A stretch of 64,000 nt of DNA, from the NCBI GenBank assembly GCA_033442325.1, contig JAWQFM010000036.1:376719-440718 (forward strand), read 5' to 3'. Positions within the stretch are counted from its first letter, which is position 1; each line of letters opens with the position of its first letter. The DNA comes from Salpingoeca rosetta (Eukaryota; Protista; Choanoflagellata). Both the position numbers and the translations under genes were made by a program. Below are positions 32,447 to 64,000 of this stretch, in pieces. The notes beneath the pieces were generated by a model. The model worked only from the letters and a program-made list of their open reading frames with translations. It had not been told where the DNA came from and made no database searches.

Positions 32447-32505
<59 letters not shown>

Positions 32506-32822
32506 ATTTGCACATTTGCACATTGGCATGCGCACGCTCACGCGCACCCCCCCCCCCACACACACACACTCGTTGCATCGTGCCTGCCTCGTTGCACCAC
32601 TCGTGTCTTCAGGAGGACGTGGGGGACATGGACGTGAGCGCGTTTGGTTTTGGATTTGATGGCGGCGAAGAATTGGAGCAGGTCGAAGAATTGGAGCAGG
32701 TTGAAGAATTGGAGGAGGCGGATGGATTTGCCCACATGTCAATCGACGATGAGGTCGACGACATACGCGCGCACAATGGTGATGGTGATGGTGATGGCGA
32801 TGATGATGTGTTTGGGTTTTGA
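29373..32822 (+). CDS. Multi-exon protein with an N-terminal PTB/PH-fold-like domain and a disordered acidic tail
   Basis: In-phase exon chain: [10 protein letters not shown]|ERLID..RRKIDK|[17 protein letters not shown]|[14 protein letters not shown]|[16 protein letters not shown]|VRLARK..RQSSIR|[10 protein letters not shown]..|..|EDVGD..DDDVFGF*. The pattern of helix, VLDIS strand, FVY strand, FH strand and terminal helix resembles PTB domains; the fold call is inference. Confidence 0.55.
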
Positions 32823-32933
32823 GGGGAAAGGGGGCGGGAAGACCCGTGTGCAATGGGCGAATTCTTATGTATGACAAAAGCGCGTGGGTGAAAACGAACA
32901 AGGTGATGTCGCCGCAAGGACACCAACGAGACT

Positions 32934-33027
<94 letters not shown>

Positions 33028-33159
33028 GCACACACACACACACACACACAAAACAGGGATCGTACCCACACATACGTATAATGAAAGGAACCAAAATACA
33101 CGAACACAGCACCGCATGACGAGTTGCACAAGTTCATGGCATTGCGTCATGTCATTGCG

Positions 33160-36310
<3,151 letters not shown>

Positions 36311-36813
36311 CGTGACTGGTGCGTGCGTATGTTTTTGTTTCCCCTCCTCCTCAATCACACAGCGGCTCTGCGATGTCGTCGAGGCACACAGACGCAGCAG
36401 CCATAAAGTGTGAGGAAAGTGTGATCAATGTGACATGGCACGACCGGCCGGGACTCAGTGGTTCACACCGCGCACACGTACACACGCCCGCACACATGCC
36501 AACAGCACGTCGCAGCCTCGAGCACAGCAGCCATTCTATCACGATGCAATCCCCTAGCACCACAATACCAGCACCAGCAGCACGACTTGCTTCCCCCAAC
36601 ACCTCCCCACACCAACCACGCACAACACAACAGCAACTCTGCCTGCCTTTCGTTTTGCTTTTCGTTGTGAGGCGCGATAATTACAGCAAGATATGCCAAC
36701 CTGGCGTGTTTGTTATGATTCGCCACAAAAGACTTTCAAGGCAGACAAGCTTACGTCATTCCAGAGAATTCGTTGAAAACATTTATTGAATTTCCGAAAC
36801 CTACGCCGACACC

Positions 36814-38439
36814 ATGAACAGCACCGCTGCACGCCAGCAGCAACAGCGCCAGCGCACAACAGCCACAGCAGCGACTGGCGCAGCAGCCAACAAGAAGAAG
36901 ACGCGTGCGTTCTATGGTGCGGTGGGGCTGGTGTTCCTGGCGCTGGTCACTGTGTTGATAACGTCGTCGTCGCCGTCGTCGTCTTCGTCGCTGCTTCCCT
37001 TCTCGTCATCGTCGTCGTCGTCGTCCAACCGCGCAGCGCAACGAGCCGCGTCGGACAAGGCAGCAGCAGCCACGTTCGACAAGGACGGCAAGGCAGCCAC
37101 CAACGAAAACGTGGGCTGTGACGGTAGCGGTGATGGGACGCAGGAGAAGGGGGCAGGCGGGTGCAATCAGTGTGACCTGCGGCCCAGGGTGACGCCCAAG
37201 GTTGCGTGTCATAACGCGCCCATCTTCCTTGCGCATTTCCCCTTGAGCGGCGGCACCAGCTTGCACGGGCGCATCGCAAAGGCCTCGAAGCTTCTCCACG
37301 ACGACGGCAAGCCTCGCCCTTGCCCAGGCAACCTTGTCACGTAAGCACATGTGTTGGTGTATGGAGTGGCGGGGTGGGGGATGGCGAAGAAGATTTTTTT
37401 GGTTGATGTGGATGCGTGCCTCTTTTTGTCGCTGCTTGGAGAGCGAAGGAGGGTGGGGGCGTGTTCGCCAACGTTTCTACTCACCGACACCCACACGCAT
37501 ATCCACTCTCATACACACACACACACACTACACTCGCACACGCATATCCACTCTCACATACACACACACTCACACTCACGCACACTCACATACACACACA
37601 CTCACACACACACACACACTCACACACACACACACACACTCTCTCTCTCTCCTTCTTCTCAACCTCAACGCTCATGCGGGCATTCTCTTGTTAGGGAGTC
37701 GATGCGGTCGTGGGGAAAAACAAAGCAGTGTCCAGGGCAGGGCTACATGGACGAGAAGCGACAGGCCAGCTTTGCATCGAATTTGACGCAGTGGGACAAC
37801 TGTGACTTCTTCACCAGCCACGACCCCTCGTCCGTGCTTCTGTATCTGCCGTGCAGCAACTTCCGCCCCGTCGCATTGTTGAGACACCCGCTCGAGCATC
37901 GATGGTCCATGTGGAACAAGCAATGGCACGTGCACCCATACGAGCACCACCGCAACTTCACCTACTGGCTCCTGCACGACAAGCTGGCCAAGACATACCA
38001 GCTCTATTTTTACGCCGATGCCCTGTCCATCTTTCCCGTCACATACCTGCACCCCGGTGACCTGAACCCGGTGCGCAAGGATATGGACTTGGCGCTGCGC
38101 GTGGCCAAGGACAACCTGGACACGTTTGCGGTTGTCGGCACGACCGAACGCATGGGAGACACGATCCGCGCGCTCGCGCTCACCATGGGGCTGAGCCGCG
38201 AGCAGGCCGATGCCTTGGTGGAAGGCACCACGCACGTGCACCAGAACGCGCACAAGTCCGCGGTGCCGGAGGAAGCGCAGCGGGCGGAGGTGTTGGACGG
38301 CGTGTTGTGGCACGAGATGGAGCTCTACAGGCACGCCAATGCCAAGCTCGACCACACCCTCGCATCCTTTGGTGAGAGCAGTGAACGTGACAGGCGCAGT
38401 GGTGGTGGTGGTGGTGGTGGTGACAAGTCACACAGTTGA
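36814..38439 (+). CDS. Type II membrane sulfotransferase-like protein, paralog B. Exons 36814-37340 and 37695-38439
   Basis: TM AFYGAVGLVFLALVTVLI; motifs FLAHFPLSGGTSL and VALLRHPLEHRWSMW. The intron is at the same position and phase as in paralog A (PCPGNxVT|). Confidence 0.85.
38071..38420 (+). repeat. Copy 2 of the near-identical segment of about 350 bp (see 19050-19419)
   Basis: Reverse complement of 19050-19419 apart from a few substitutions. Confidence 0.9.
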
Positions 38440-38622
38440 CACAAGCAAGGGCATCATGAAAAGGGTTGGCGTGTCTGTGTCTGTGACGAATTTCACATAA
38501 AGTTATCCGTGAATTCTCAACAACCAAAACAAATCCCAGCAGCCAGTGGTTCTTGGTTGTGCGCACTCACTTTGCGTTCTTTGCTGTGGATGAAGTGTGG
38601 GTGACAAACCATCAACGACGAT

Positions 38623-39249
38623 ATGGGAACGCGAACTGTGGCCGTGCAGGCTGTGGCCATGCTGGTGTGTGCTGCTGCAGTGTTTGGTTCGGTAACAGGC
38701 GCCAGCGATGTTGGCTGCCGCAACAAGCTGGCTCAGACACCACCCATGGGGTAGGTAGGCGTTGCCGCCACGCCGTGTGCTGCTTGTTTGTTTGTTTGTT
38801 TGTTCGTTCGTTTGTTCGTTTGTTTGTTCGTGTTGTGCAATCCTTTGCGTGTGTGTGGGTGATCGGTGTGCGCCTGTCGTCATTCCCCGTCACCCGCTGT
38901 CGTCTTCTTCGTTGGCTGTGCCAACATCAATGTGGCCAATCTCATTTGTGCTGTTGATTCGTGCAAACAAACGACGACGATGACATCAATAACAACAACA
39001 ACAACAACAAATGACAGGTGGATGAGCTGGGAAATCTTCCGCTGCCAGATGGACTGCAAAACATATCCAAACTCTTGCATCAACGCTGATCTGTACAAGA
39101 CTACGGCTGATGCTATGAAGGCCAAGGGCTTCCTCGACGCAGGCTACGAGTGAGACTGGGGGCGATCATTGTTGATGAGCATTGTCGATGAACATGTGTG
39201 CCTGTGTTTATGTGTGCTTGTGTTTATGTGTGCTTGAATGCTCGTGTGC

Positions 39250-39339
<90 letters not shown>

Positions 39340-40465
39340 ATGTGTGCTCCCATCTCGTTGCATGTTACGACTCATGCCTGCATGAGTGCATCTGCTGTTC
39401 ATACCCGTTTGCGCATTCCGAACATCCCCTCACCTCAATGTTACTGCCGCAGCACGGTGCACATCGACGACTGCTGGGAGGCCGATGCCCGCGACCCCAA
39501 CACCGGCCGCCTCGCCGCCAACGCCGACCGCTTTCCAGGCGGTATCGCGCCGCTTGCAGACTACATCCACAAGCTCGGTCTCAAGTTTGGCCTGTACACC
39601 GCAGAAAGCAAGACCACGTGCACGGGGCACGTTGGCTCGTATCTCAATGAGATTCTGGATGCGCAGACGTTTGCCGACTGGGGCGTCGACTACCTCAAGG
39701 TTCGCTCATGTGTGTTCACTTGTGCGTGTGTGTGTTCATGTGCGTGTGTGTGTTTCTGTGTGCGTGCGTGCATGTGTGTGTGTGTGTGTGTGTGTGTGCG
39801 CTTGCGTTTACATGTGTTTGCTCATCGAGTTGATCGATCGAGCGAGCGTTGTTTTCTCGGTTGTCCATTTCTTGACTCGTTCAGTATCACCAGCATTCTT
39901 CAGCCTCGTTCTCACTCCACGTTCTGTTCACCTTCAACATCTCCCCCCTTCCACACCTTCCACACCTTCCACACCTCACACGTTCAACACCACCACCACA
40001 CCTCACACGTTCAACACCACCACCACCACACCTCACACGTTCAACACCACGTTCAACACCACCACCACCATCTCCTTCTGCTTTGCGTGGTAGGTGGACG
40101 GGTGCAACCCGAACAAGACGTACTACCCCACCGGCTACACCGCCATGGGCACCGCTCTTCAGATCTCTGGCCGTGACATTGTGTACTCGTGCTCGTGGCC
40201 CGCATATCTTGGCAGCAACGAGACAACGAAGCCATACAACACCATGATTGGCATTGGCTGTAACCTGTGGCGCAACTGGCATGATATTCAGTGCAACTGG
40301 AAGTCCCTTTCAAGCATCATTGACCACTGGGGCGACTATGGACAGGTGCTTGCAAGCTACGCCGGCCCCGGTCACTGGAATGATCCGGTAGGATGCTCGT
40401 CGGGGTTGTGATGCTGTCGTGGTGTTGTGCTGCGCTGTGTGTGTGTGTGCGCGCGTGTGTGTGTG

Positions 40466-40518
<53 letters not shown>

Positions 40519-41266
40519 GTGTCGTGTTTGGCCTTATTGCCGACGCTTCTTCACTCCATGATTACTTCTCCTCCCGTGTTCCGGCCTTAATTGAACACTT
40601 TTTTCACACACACACACACGCACACACACACATGCACACACACACACACGTTCACATGCATCTACACTGTATCAGGATATGCTGTTGATTGGCAACGATT
40701 GCATCACGGACGACCAGGCGCGCACGCAAATGGCAATTTGGTCCATTGTTGCTGCCCCGCTCATCATGGGCAATGACGTCCGCAACATCACCGCCTCCAC
40801 ACGCGCCATCCTTCTGAATCGTGACGCAATCGCCGTCAACCAGGATCCCCTCGGACAGGCCGGTTTCCGCATTTCGCCCAAGGGCGCCACGGAGGTGTGG
40901 GCGCGCAACATCACCAACGCCGTTGCTGTCGCTCTCCTGAACAAGGGATCGCAATCGTCGTCATCAGCCGACAGCGAGGCTTCGCGTGCCCAAACCATGC
41001 GTTTGGATTTGCCTGCAGGCAACGACGGCCAGGGTCCGGTGTTCACCCACGTCGACCGTGACGCTCAGCTGCGCGCACGCAGCGCAGCCGCCACCGCAGC
41101 CAACACCACCACCATCACCGTCAACTTTTCCGACATTGGCGTGTCTGGTTCCGCTGATGTGTATGACATCTGGGCGGGCAAGACCGTTGGAACGTTCAGC
41201 AAGTCCTACTCTGCTCTCGTTCCGGAAGGCGGCACCGCTTTCCTGCGCATCACGCCCAAGAAGTGA
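38623..41266 (+). CDS. NAGA: GH27 alpha-N-acetylgalactosaminidase (NAGA-like), 5 exons
   Basis: Signal peptide, then LAQTPPMG|WMSWEIFRC, HIDDCW, RFPGGI, LKFGLY, DAQTFADWGVDYLK|VDGC (nucleophile Asp), YSCSWPAY, CNLWRNWHDI (acid/base Asp) and GPGHWNDP|DMLLIGN. SCSWPAY is the NAGA-type pocket, whereas alpha-Gal A has SCEWPLY. Confidence 0.9.
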
Positions 41267-41596
41267 CGCCCTTTGTTTGGTCCCTCGTGTTTGTTGACGT
41301 GTGCGTGTGTGTATGTGTGTGCGTGCGTGTGCGTGTGTGTGTGTTGGGGGAAATGGGATGGAGGTGGTGTGATCGGCTTGTCTTTTGAATGTGACGTTGC
41401 TTGTCGCTGAGTGGTTGACTTGCCTGTGCTGCTGCTGTTGCTGCTAAAGCATGTGATGGTGTGTTGATTGCTTTCCGTCACGATTTACAATGAAAAGGGT
41501 GTTGGAGGAAGAATAAGTTTACATTCAGCGCAAACAACGCGTGTGCGCGTGTGCATACGTGTGCCTGTGAACTGTGTGTGTGCGTGCGTGTGTGTG

Positions 41597-54863
<13,267 letters not shown>

Positions 54864-55483
54864 CTTTTCTTTGCGCCTCAGGAGCCTCAAATCAACACCA
54901 CCACCACCACCAACCACCAAACTTCGTGCAACAACACAACCCCAAACACAACCCAAAGGAAACGAACCAAATGTCGTATCACCAACCAACCGACGCTCCG
55001 ACCTACGGGACACCACCACAAGCCACAGCAAGCGGCAAATGAGGCACTGAGAAGTAATGAACTGAGAAGTGAGCACACAAACAAAGCGCTGTCTTCCACC
55101 CACCACCCACAACCCACAACCGCAGCAATGCAACTGTCGTGTCTTGTTCTGTTGCCGAAAATCATCGAATGATACCATCTATTCCTCCACAACCACAACC
55201 AACCAGCAACAAAGAACGAACGACTCACTGACTGCTGCGCGCACCGCACCACTCGCTTCCACGCTCTTTACACACATACACACACATACACACACATACA
55301 CACACACACACACACACACATACACACATACACACATACACACATACACACACACATACACACACACAGCTCACACACACACAGCTCACATACACACACT
55401 TACCTGCACAAGCACACAACAACAACAACAAACAGCAACTACAAACAGCAACAAGCAACAACAGCACCAACAACAACAACAAC

Positions 55484-57988
55484 ATGGACGATGCCGCTGA
55501 ACGCGATGCTGAGCTGCTGCAGGGTGACGCGCGGCGCAACAATCCAGCTGCGGTGCTGGTGGAGTTGCTGCAGATGATGGGGAGCAATGAGCCGACCATG
55601 TCCCATGCCGTGTTTGCCATGCTCAACATGGTTGCGCCGAGCTGTCCGTGGGTCTCTGTTGAAGAAGCACCAGCGGACGTCGTGCGTGAGATGTCACGGG
55701 TGATCACCTCCTACTTGCGCTGGCCGTCCGTGAGTAATCCCTTGCACCAGAATATCCTCTTCCTGCTGCTGGACAGGCCCATTGGTGGAGCCGTCTGCGC
55801 ACACATCGACGTCATCTCGCTCATCGTCAGCGAGCTGGACCGCGTGCGGCCAGGCCTGGTGCAGGGTGAGGAGTACAGCCGCCTGCGGGGCACCTACTTC
55901 GTGCTCATCTGTAACATGCTGCACTGCCCGCGCTCCCGCGACGCCATCTCCCGCCAGTTTCTGCAGAGTCCACTCTTGCAGGCGATATTGGACATCATCA
56001 ACCCGCCCCGCAGTCGGCTCGAGGAGCAGCAGCAGCGGCGGCGGCAACAACGGCGCCGTCAGCGAGAGTTTGCATCCCAGTTTGCGGCCACCGCTCAACC
56101 CATGGACACGGACACCAGCAGCGGTGTTGCGCGTGATGCCAGTGACCGTGTTGACAGTGATGATGATCATGATGATCATGATGGCAGTGGTGGTGAACGC
56201 CGGCAAGCGGCAGAGGAGGGCGACGGCTCCTCGTCTGATTCCGACGCGGCAGGGCGCGAAATGCGACTCAGTCAGCGTCGCCATCACCGCGATCATCATC
56301 GTCGTCATCAGCATCATCGTTATCGTTATCGCGACTGGGATGGCGAGGAAGGGGCTGCCACAGACGACCCAGACACATACACCAGCACCGACACAGACGA
56401 TGGCGATGATGATGATGATGACGACGACGACGACGGCGATGGTGGCAACGCCCGCCGCGCAATCTTCTTGACTGCATCGGACGGCGTGCTGTACGAGAGA
56501 CACATGGCGTTTCTGACCCTCAACTGGGTTGGTGGGTGTGAGGTTGGCACGCACTTCCTTCTTGACCACCTCGACATGCTGACACAGACGCTGGAGCGCT
56601 CACGCCACCGTGTGGAGATGGTGCTCACGCTGGCCAACCTCAGCTCGTATCTGCACGACGACACGCACGCGCTGCGACGGGTGGCGACGTGCGGCACGGT
56701 ACCCATCCTCGTCACTGTCGTGCACCACGACAAGATTGACCGCGGGTCTGTCGGCGCACTCATGGGGCTGCTCAACATGTACGTACACGTGCCACCGAGC
56801 CACCACAGGTACCTCGCCACGCCAACGGAGATGGGATTCCCGAGCACGTACAACCCCTCGGTCAAGTTTAGTGAGCGCAGGACAGCGGCAACGCCCAGCG
56901 GCCGCGGGGGGCGCAGCAGTGGTGGTGATCAGCCATGGTACGGCAGGCTCTTACCCAGGGGGGCACCTCGCAACAGTGGTGATGGTGGTGGTGGTGAAGA
57001 TGCCATGGATGAACGACATGACTCTGCTGTTGACAACGACCGCGATGGTGATGATGATGATGGTGATGGTGATGTTGATGATGATGGTGTTGATGGTGGT
57101 ATGGAGGGTCATGGCAACACCGTGGCGGACAGGCCCGCGTTTCTTGTGACGGACCACCACATACAGCTGCTGTTGGACTGCCTCGACTGCTCAATCCGGA
57201 ACGAAGCGCACGGCAACGTGCTGTGGTCGCCATGGCACCCCTGCCAGGCCCTCGCCGCACTCGCCTGCGTGCCCTCGTTCGTGCCCAAACTCATTGCGAA
57301 ACGCACGCACGTGCGACTGGTGGAGGCATTGCGTGTGCCACGCACAGGACGGCAGGCCGAGCCCGTGTGCGACGAACGCTATGCCCTCAAGGCATTGCGA
57401 CAGCTCGTCCGCATGTCGTCTGCATTGCGCAACGACACCGACATTATGCAATGTGTGCGGCACGCGCTCGCCCGCGCGCAGAGCGAAGCAGCGCGCACAC
57501 ACGCGGTTGAGATTGCGGAGGTGATGTCCATGCACGGGGTGGCGCTTCCATCCCTCTCGCACATGTGTCGACGACGGCTGCGACACCTGTTTGATCAGAT
57601 GCTCACGGAGCGCATTGTCAGCGATGGCAGTGGTGATGGTGATGATGGTACGAGCGGAGAGATGCGGGAAGGACGACATCAAACACAGCGGCCGACTGCA
57701 ACTGCATCTGCATCAATCGACACTCCCACAACAGCACCAGCACCAGCAACAACGGCACCAACACCAGCAACAACGGCACCAACACCAGAAACAACTGCAA
57801 CAACGGCACCAACACCAGCAACACCAGCACCGCGGGCGGTGACCATTTCCCCACACGTGACGATTGTTCCGTCGCCGATGGACGAGGACGAACGCGTGCG
57901 CGTGTATTCATTTCAAGCGGGCGGGCGGGAGAGCGACGTGCCCGTTCCCCTCATGTCAGAGGAGGATGATGAAGAAGAGGAGGAGTAC

Positions 57989-58067
<79 letters not shown>

Positions 58068-58294
58068 GCACTCGAAGCAGGGGTAGTAATGGTAGAAGAG
58101 GGTATGCTCGTGACGGTGGAAGCAGTCGTGGTGAGAGGGGTGATGGTATGGCTGAGCGGAGACGCGTGGCACGTGAGCGTGTGCTAACTGCGTGTCGGGG
58201 AACGTTTGAGACGAGTCACGATGCGTATGTGACGTTTGTTCGCGCCATGAACACGCCGCCCGCCATTGAGGCGTTTCTCTTGTACGAGGACTGA
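55484..58294 (+). CDS. Intronless 936-aa protein with helical (ARM-like) repeats, acidic inserts and a split C-terminal SOCS box
   Basis: Continuous ORF with coding-like composition and helical segments such as VLTLANLSS, VPILVTVV and ALMGLLNM. BC-box LPSLSHMCRRRLR at about 57545-57583 and terminal TPPAIEAFLLYED*. Confidence 0.75.
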
Positions 58295-58303
58295 TGTGCG
58301 CGC

Positions 58304-58398
<95 letters not shown>

Positions 58399-58647
58399 TC
58401 ATGTCGCTTTTACCTCAGCTCGTACGTTTTGGTTCATTATTAGCGGTTCAGTAGGGCTTCGGCCCACAATGTAACAACCACAGTCACGCTGAAGAACGCG
58501 AGCATGTGCTCACGACAAAGGATAACAAGAGATTGTGACTGTGAAGGCGTGGTGAAAAATAGAGAAGAGCGAAACGGCAGTCACATAGGAACACACAAAC
58601 ACACACAAACACACACACACACACATACACGCATACACACAGTGTCA

Positions 58648-61057
<2,410 letters not shown>

Positions 61058-61368
61058 CACCAACACCACCACGGGGTTGTTCCAATTTCAAAAGTATCTT
61101 AGGCAGAAATGGCTGTTTCAAGATCTGCTGAGGCGATCTTGGCGTTGTATGGGTGTCAAACCATGATTTGCAGCCCTGCGTGTGCCCTGTCCATTGCACC
61201 CCTTGGGTTGACCATACACCTTGCCTGGACCGAGTTTGAGCGATTTTATTGGAAAGACATGGTGGGGGTAGGTGGTCGGTTATGCAGGCCAGGGGGGGGG
61301 GGGGTTCAGGTAAAACTGTCAAGAAGAGGCTACAGCGCATCCATGCGCTTGCTTACACAAGGCACACG

Positions 61369-62509
61369 TTAGGTGGCGTTATCGTGAGTAGCTACATGCC
61401 GTGTGACTGCTGATTGGTGAGGTGATGGCGGTGGTGGTGGTGGTGGTGGTGGCAGGGGCGGCAGGAGCGGCGACGCTTGTGCACGCACGTCGTTGAACTG
61501 GGCCTCGTAGCCATCTGGGAAGAAGTTCTGCTGGTCCTCATGTGACAGATGAGTAAGGTGCTTGTCACGGAGGGCACGCAAGTCTTGCTGGCGCTCTTTA
61601 GATATGTGGAAGCGCTCGAGAGGTGCAACGTGGCTGAACAGGTCCTCGCTGATGCTGGATGGGCGGAAGAGGGTCGTGTATGCATACCACTCCTCTGATG
61701 CTCGGGCGCGAAGCTGTACGGCCCCCGGCGCGGAGGGCCGGAACCAGAAATGGTGGAAGTCGCTGATGCCCGCGATCCTTCGAGCACCCGCGCGCTCAAA
61801 GGACTGCGAGAATGCGGACTGCTTGACGGTGGACGCGTCCACAGCGCTGTTTGTTCGGCTCGATCCGTCAATAACTTCCATAAACTGTCGCGGGTTGTAC
61901 ACGTCCTTGTTCTTGAGGGCATGCTTGAACACGCCAAAGTGGGCGTCGTTGGCAGCTTTGGTGTGGCCCGGGATCATAAAGTGCAGGATAATCTCCTGAT
62001 GACGCAGGACTGAGCGCGCGCTGAGGTACTGCATCACACAGTTGTTCTTGTTCTGCGCCGCCGTGCTGTCCGCCAGGATGTACACACGCTCAGCCTCTGG
62101 GTAGCCCTCCAGCACGTGGTGCAGAAGCGACACCATGAAGTCTGCGCCCTGCACCATGGCGCGTTGTGTCTCAGGAACAACGTAGTTGACTTGATGCGCC
62201 GTGCCCAAGTTGGCAATGCCGAAAACATCGACAGCCAAGCCGGTGGTGTAGCAGATGTCTTTGGGCTCTTGGGTGAGATGTGGCAGCCTGCACGTCCCAG
62301 CCTTGTCCATGCTCAATGCCAAGGTGTTGGCGTGAAGGGCGGCGAAGCGTGCGTGGGCGTGGTAGAACGCACGCTCCAGTCGAGTGGGCAGCAAGTGCAG
62401 CTTGAGCTGGACGTGGTTCTGCAAGTCAGCAACCAGCACCGTGTCGGAAGCGTTGGGCAAGATGAGTGTGTGGGACCACCGTTGCAAACAATGCCTTCAA
62501 CATGATGCA

Positions 62510-62596
<87 letters not shown>

Positions 62597-62597
62597 C

Positions 62598-62629
<32 letters not shown>

Positions 62630-62647
62630 GCGTGTGTGTGTATGTGC

Positions 62648-62696
<49 letters not shown>

Positions 62697-62974
62697 CGTG
62701 TGTGTGTGCGTGCGTGTGTGTGTGCGTGCGTGCGTGCGTGCGCGCGTGTGTGTGTATGTGCGGGTGGGTGTATGTGTATATGTGTGACAGCCCACCTTGG
62801 TTCGCCGCAACTCCATGCAGCGGTTGCACAAATCCGTGCGGAGCTTGTCGCTGACAACCCAGGGCATATGCCGACGCCAGACGTACACAAAGTCCCCGTA
62901 GGACAGGGCATCCCCTTGAACAACAAGCAGCACGACATGGGCCAAGCTGAGTGAGCGCTCGCTCGAGTTTGAGT

Positions 62975-63052
<78 letters not shown>

Positions 63053-63734
63053 CGTGCGTGTGTGTGTGTGTGTGCGTGTGTGTGCGTGTGTGTGTGTGTG
63101 CGTGTGTGTGCGTGTGTGTGTATGTGTGTGTGCGTGTGTGTGTATGTGTGTGTGTGTGTGTATGTGTGTGTGTGTGTGTGTNNNNNNNNNNNNNNNNNNN
63201 NNNNNNNNNNNNNNNNNNNNNNNNNNNNNNNNNNNNNNNNNNNNNNNNNNNNNNNNNNNNNNNNNNNNNNNNNNNNNNNNNGCGCTGACCTCCAGTAGTG
63301 CTTGGAGACGTGTCCTTATGCACTCTCAGGTAGTCCTCGTGCATTGCCTTCTTGGTCTTGTCAACGGGGAGGAGCAGCATCGGGCCCCGCTGTCCAGGGT
63401 TTGGCAGGCCATCCACCCGCGCGATGGCGTCAATCACTGCGAGGGCAAACTTGGTGCGAGGGTGCTTCACATTCTTCGTGTTGCCCGGGCGCTTCGTTGG
63501 AGTCGGCACAACGTGCTCGTTGCGCAGGTCTTGAAGTGCGTTGGCAATCATGCGAGAGCCCATGCCCGTGACTTTCATGAACGACGTCTTGCACAAAGTT
63601 GCGCCTGACCATGGCACGCAGGGCATGTGTGCATAAAGCTGCGAGAATGAGGAGTGCTTTGGGAGCAAGTGGCGCGGCTTGCAGTGCCACTCATGTACGT
63701 GGCACCGACAAAACATGACCTTCGTCAGCACGCA

Positions 63735-63815
<81 letters not shown>

Positions 63816-64000
63816 ACACACACGGACAGCCCTCAGCAATCACGCACCTAACACGCACCTAACACACAGTACTTGGGGCGGAGTCGGTGTGCTGTGACGG
63901 GGACGGAGTCGTCATGATGCCGTTTGGCGCGGCTCTTGCGGGGCTTGCCTTTGGGGGGTGTGCCTGCCGCTCCAGAGACACACGTCGCCAGGAGGCTCTG
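61369..64000 (-). mobile_element. Intron-containing Sola-like DDD transposase gene, 5' end outside the window. Exons about 63640-63291, 62914-62796 and 62418-61369
   Basis: Motifs LCKTSFMKVTGMG, WRRHMPWV..RTDLCNRC, LSMDKAGTCRLPH..ICY..VFGI (D1), ILADSTAAQNKNN (D2) and FMIPGHTKAANDAHFG (D3). This motif order is typical of Sola-type transposases; the family is recognised from memory. Confidence 0.7.
63182..63281. other. Assembly gap (100 N) in a transposase intron
   Basis: Run of N. Confidence 1.

Overview
Eukaryotic, GC-rich, intron-dense genomic DNA with (CA/TG)n microsatellites in nearly every intron and long trinucleotide homopolymer-coding tracts. The style and gene content (giant cadherin, DENND5, PTB-like and SOCS-box proteins) suggest a choanoflagellate such as Salpingoeca; this is an inference. 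Most long ORFs in the supplied track are antisense shadows or microsatellite read-throughs, so I rebuilt gene models by hand from splice sites and phase. Left to right the genes are: (1) a giant cadherin on the minus strand, missing from the ORF track, with signal peptide, EAR/EPTP-like repeats, a Calx-beta-like motif and about 25 cadherin repeats, running off the left edge; (2) a securin-like D-box protein; (3) a secreted polyQ protein, possibly thioredoxin-fold; (4) Golgi-type sulfotransferase-like paralog A; (5) an intronless 1801-aa type II protein fusing methyltransferase-like, GT32 and ABO-like GT6 domains; (6) a 4-EF-hand protein; (7) a PTB-like protein; (8) a 4-CBS protein; (9) sulfotransferase-like paralog B; (10) a GH27 alpha-N-acetylgalactosaminidase; (11) DENND5; (12) a helical protein with a split SOCS box; (13) a PAN-domain sulfatase; (14) an intron-containing Sola-like DDD transposase. 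The best candidate for a new system is a loose glycan write/erase neighbourhood (GT32-GT6 fusion, two atypical sulfotransferases, alpha-GalNAcase, sulfatase) beside an EAR/Calx-beta cadherin. All family calls come from motif recognition by eye; no searches were run.
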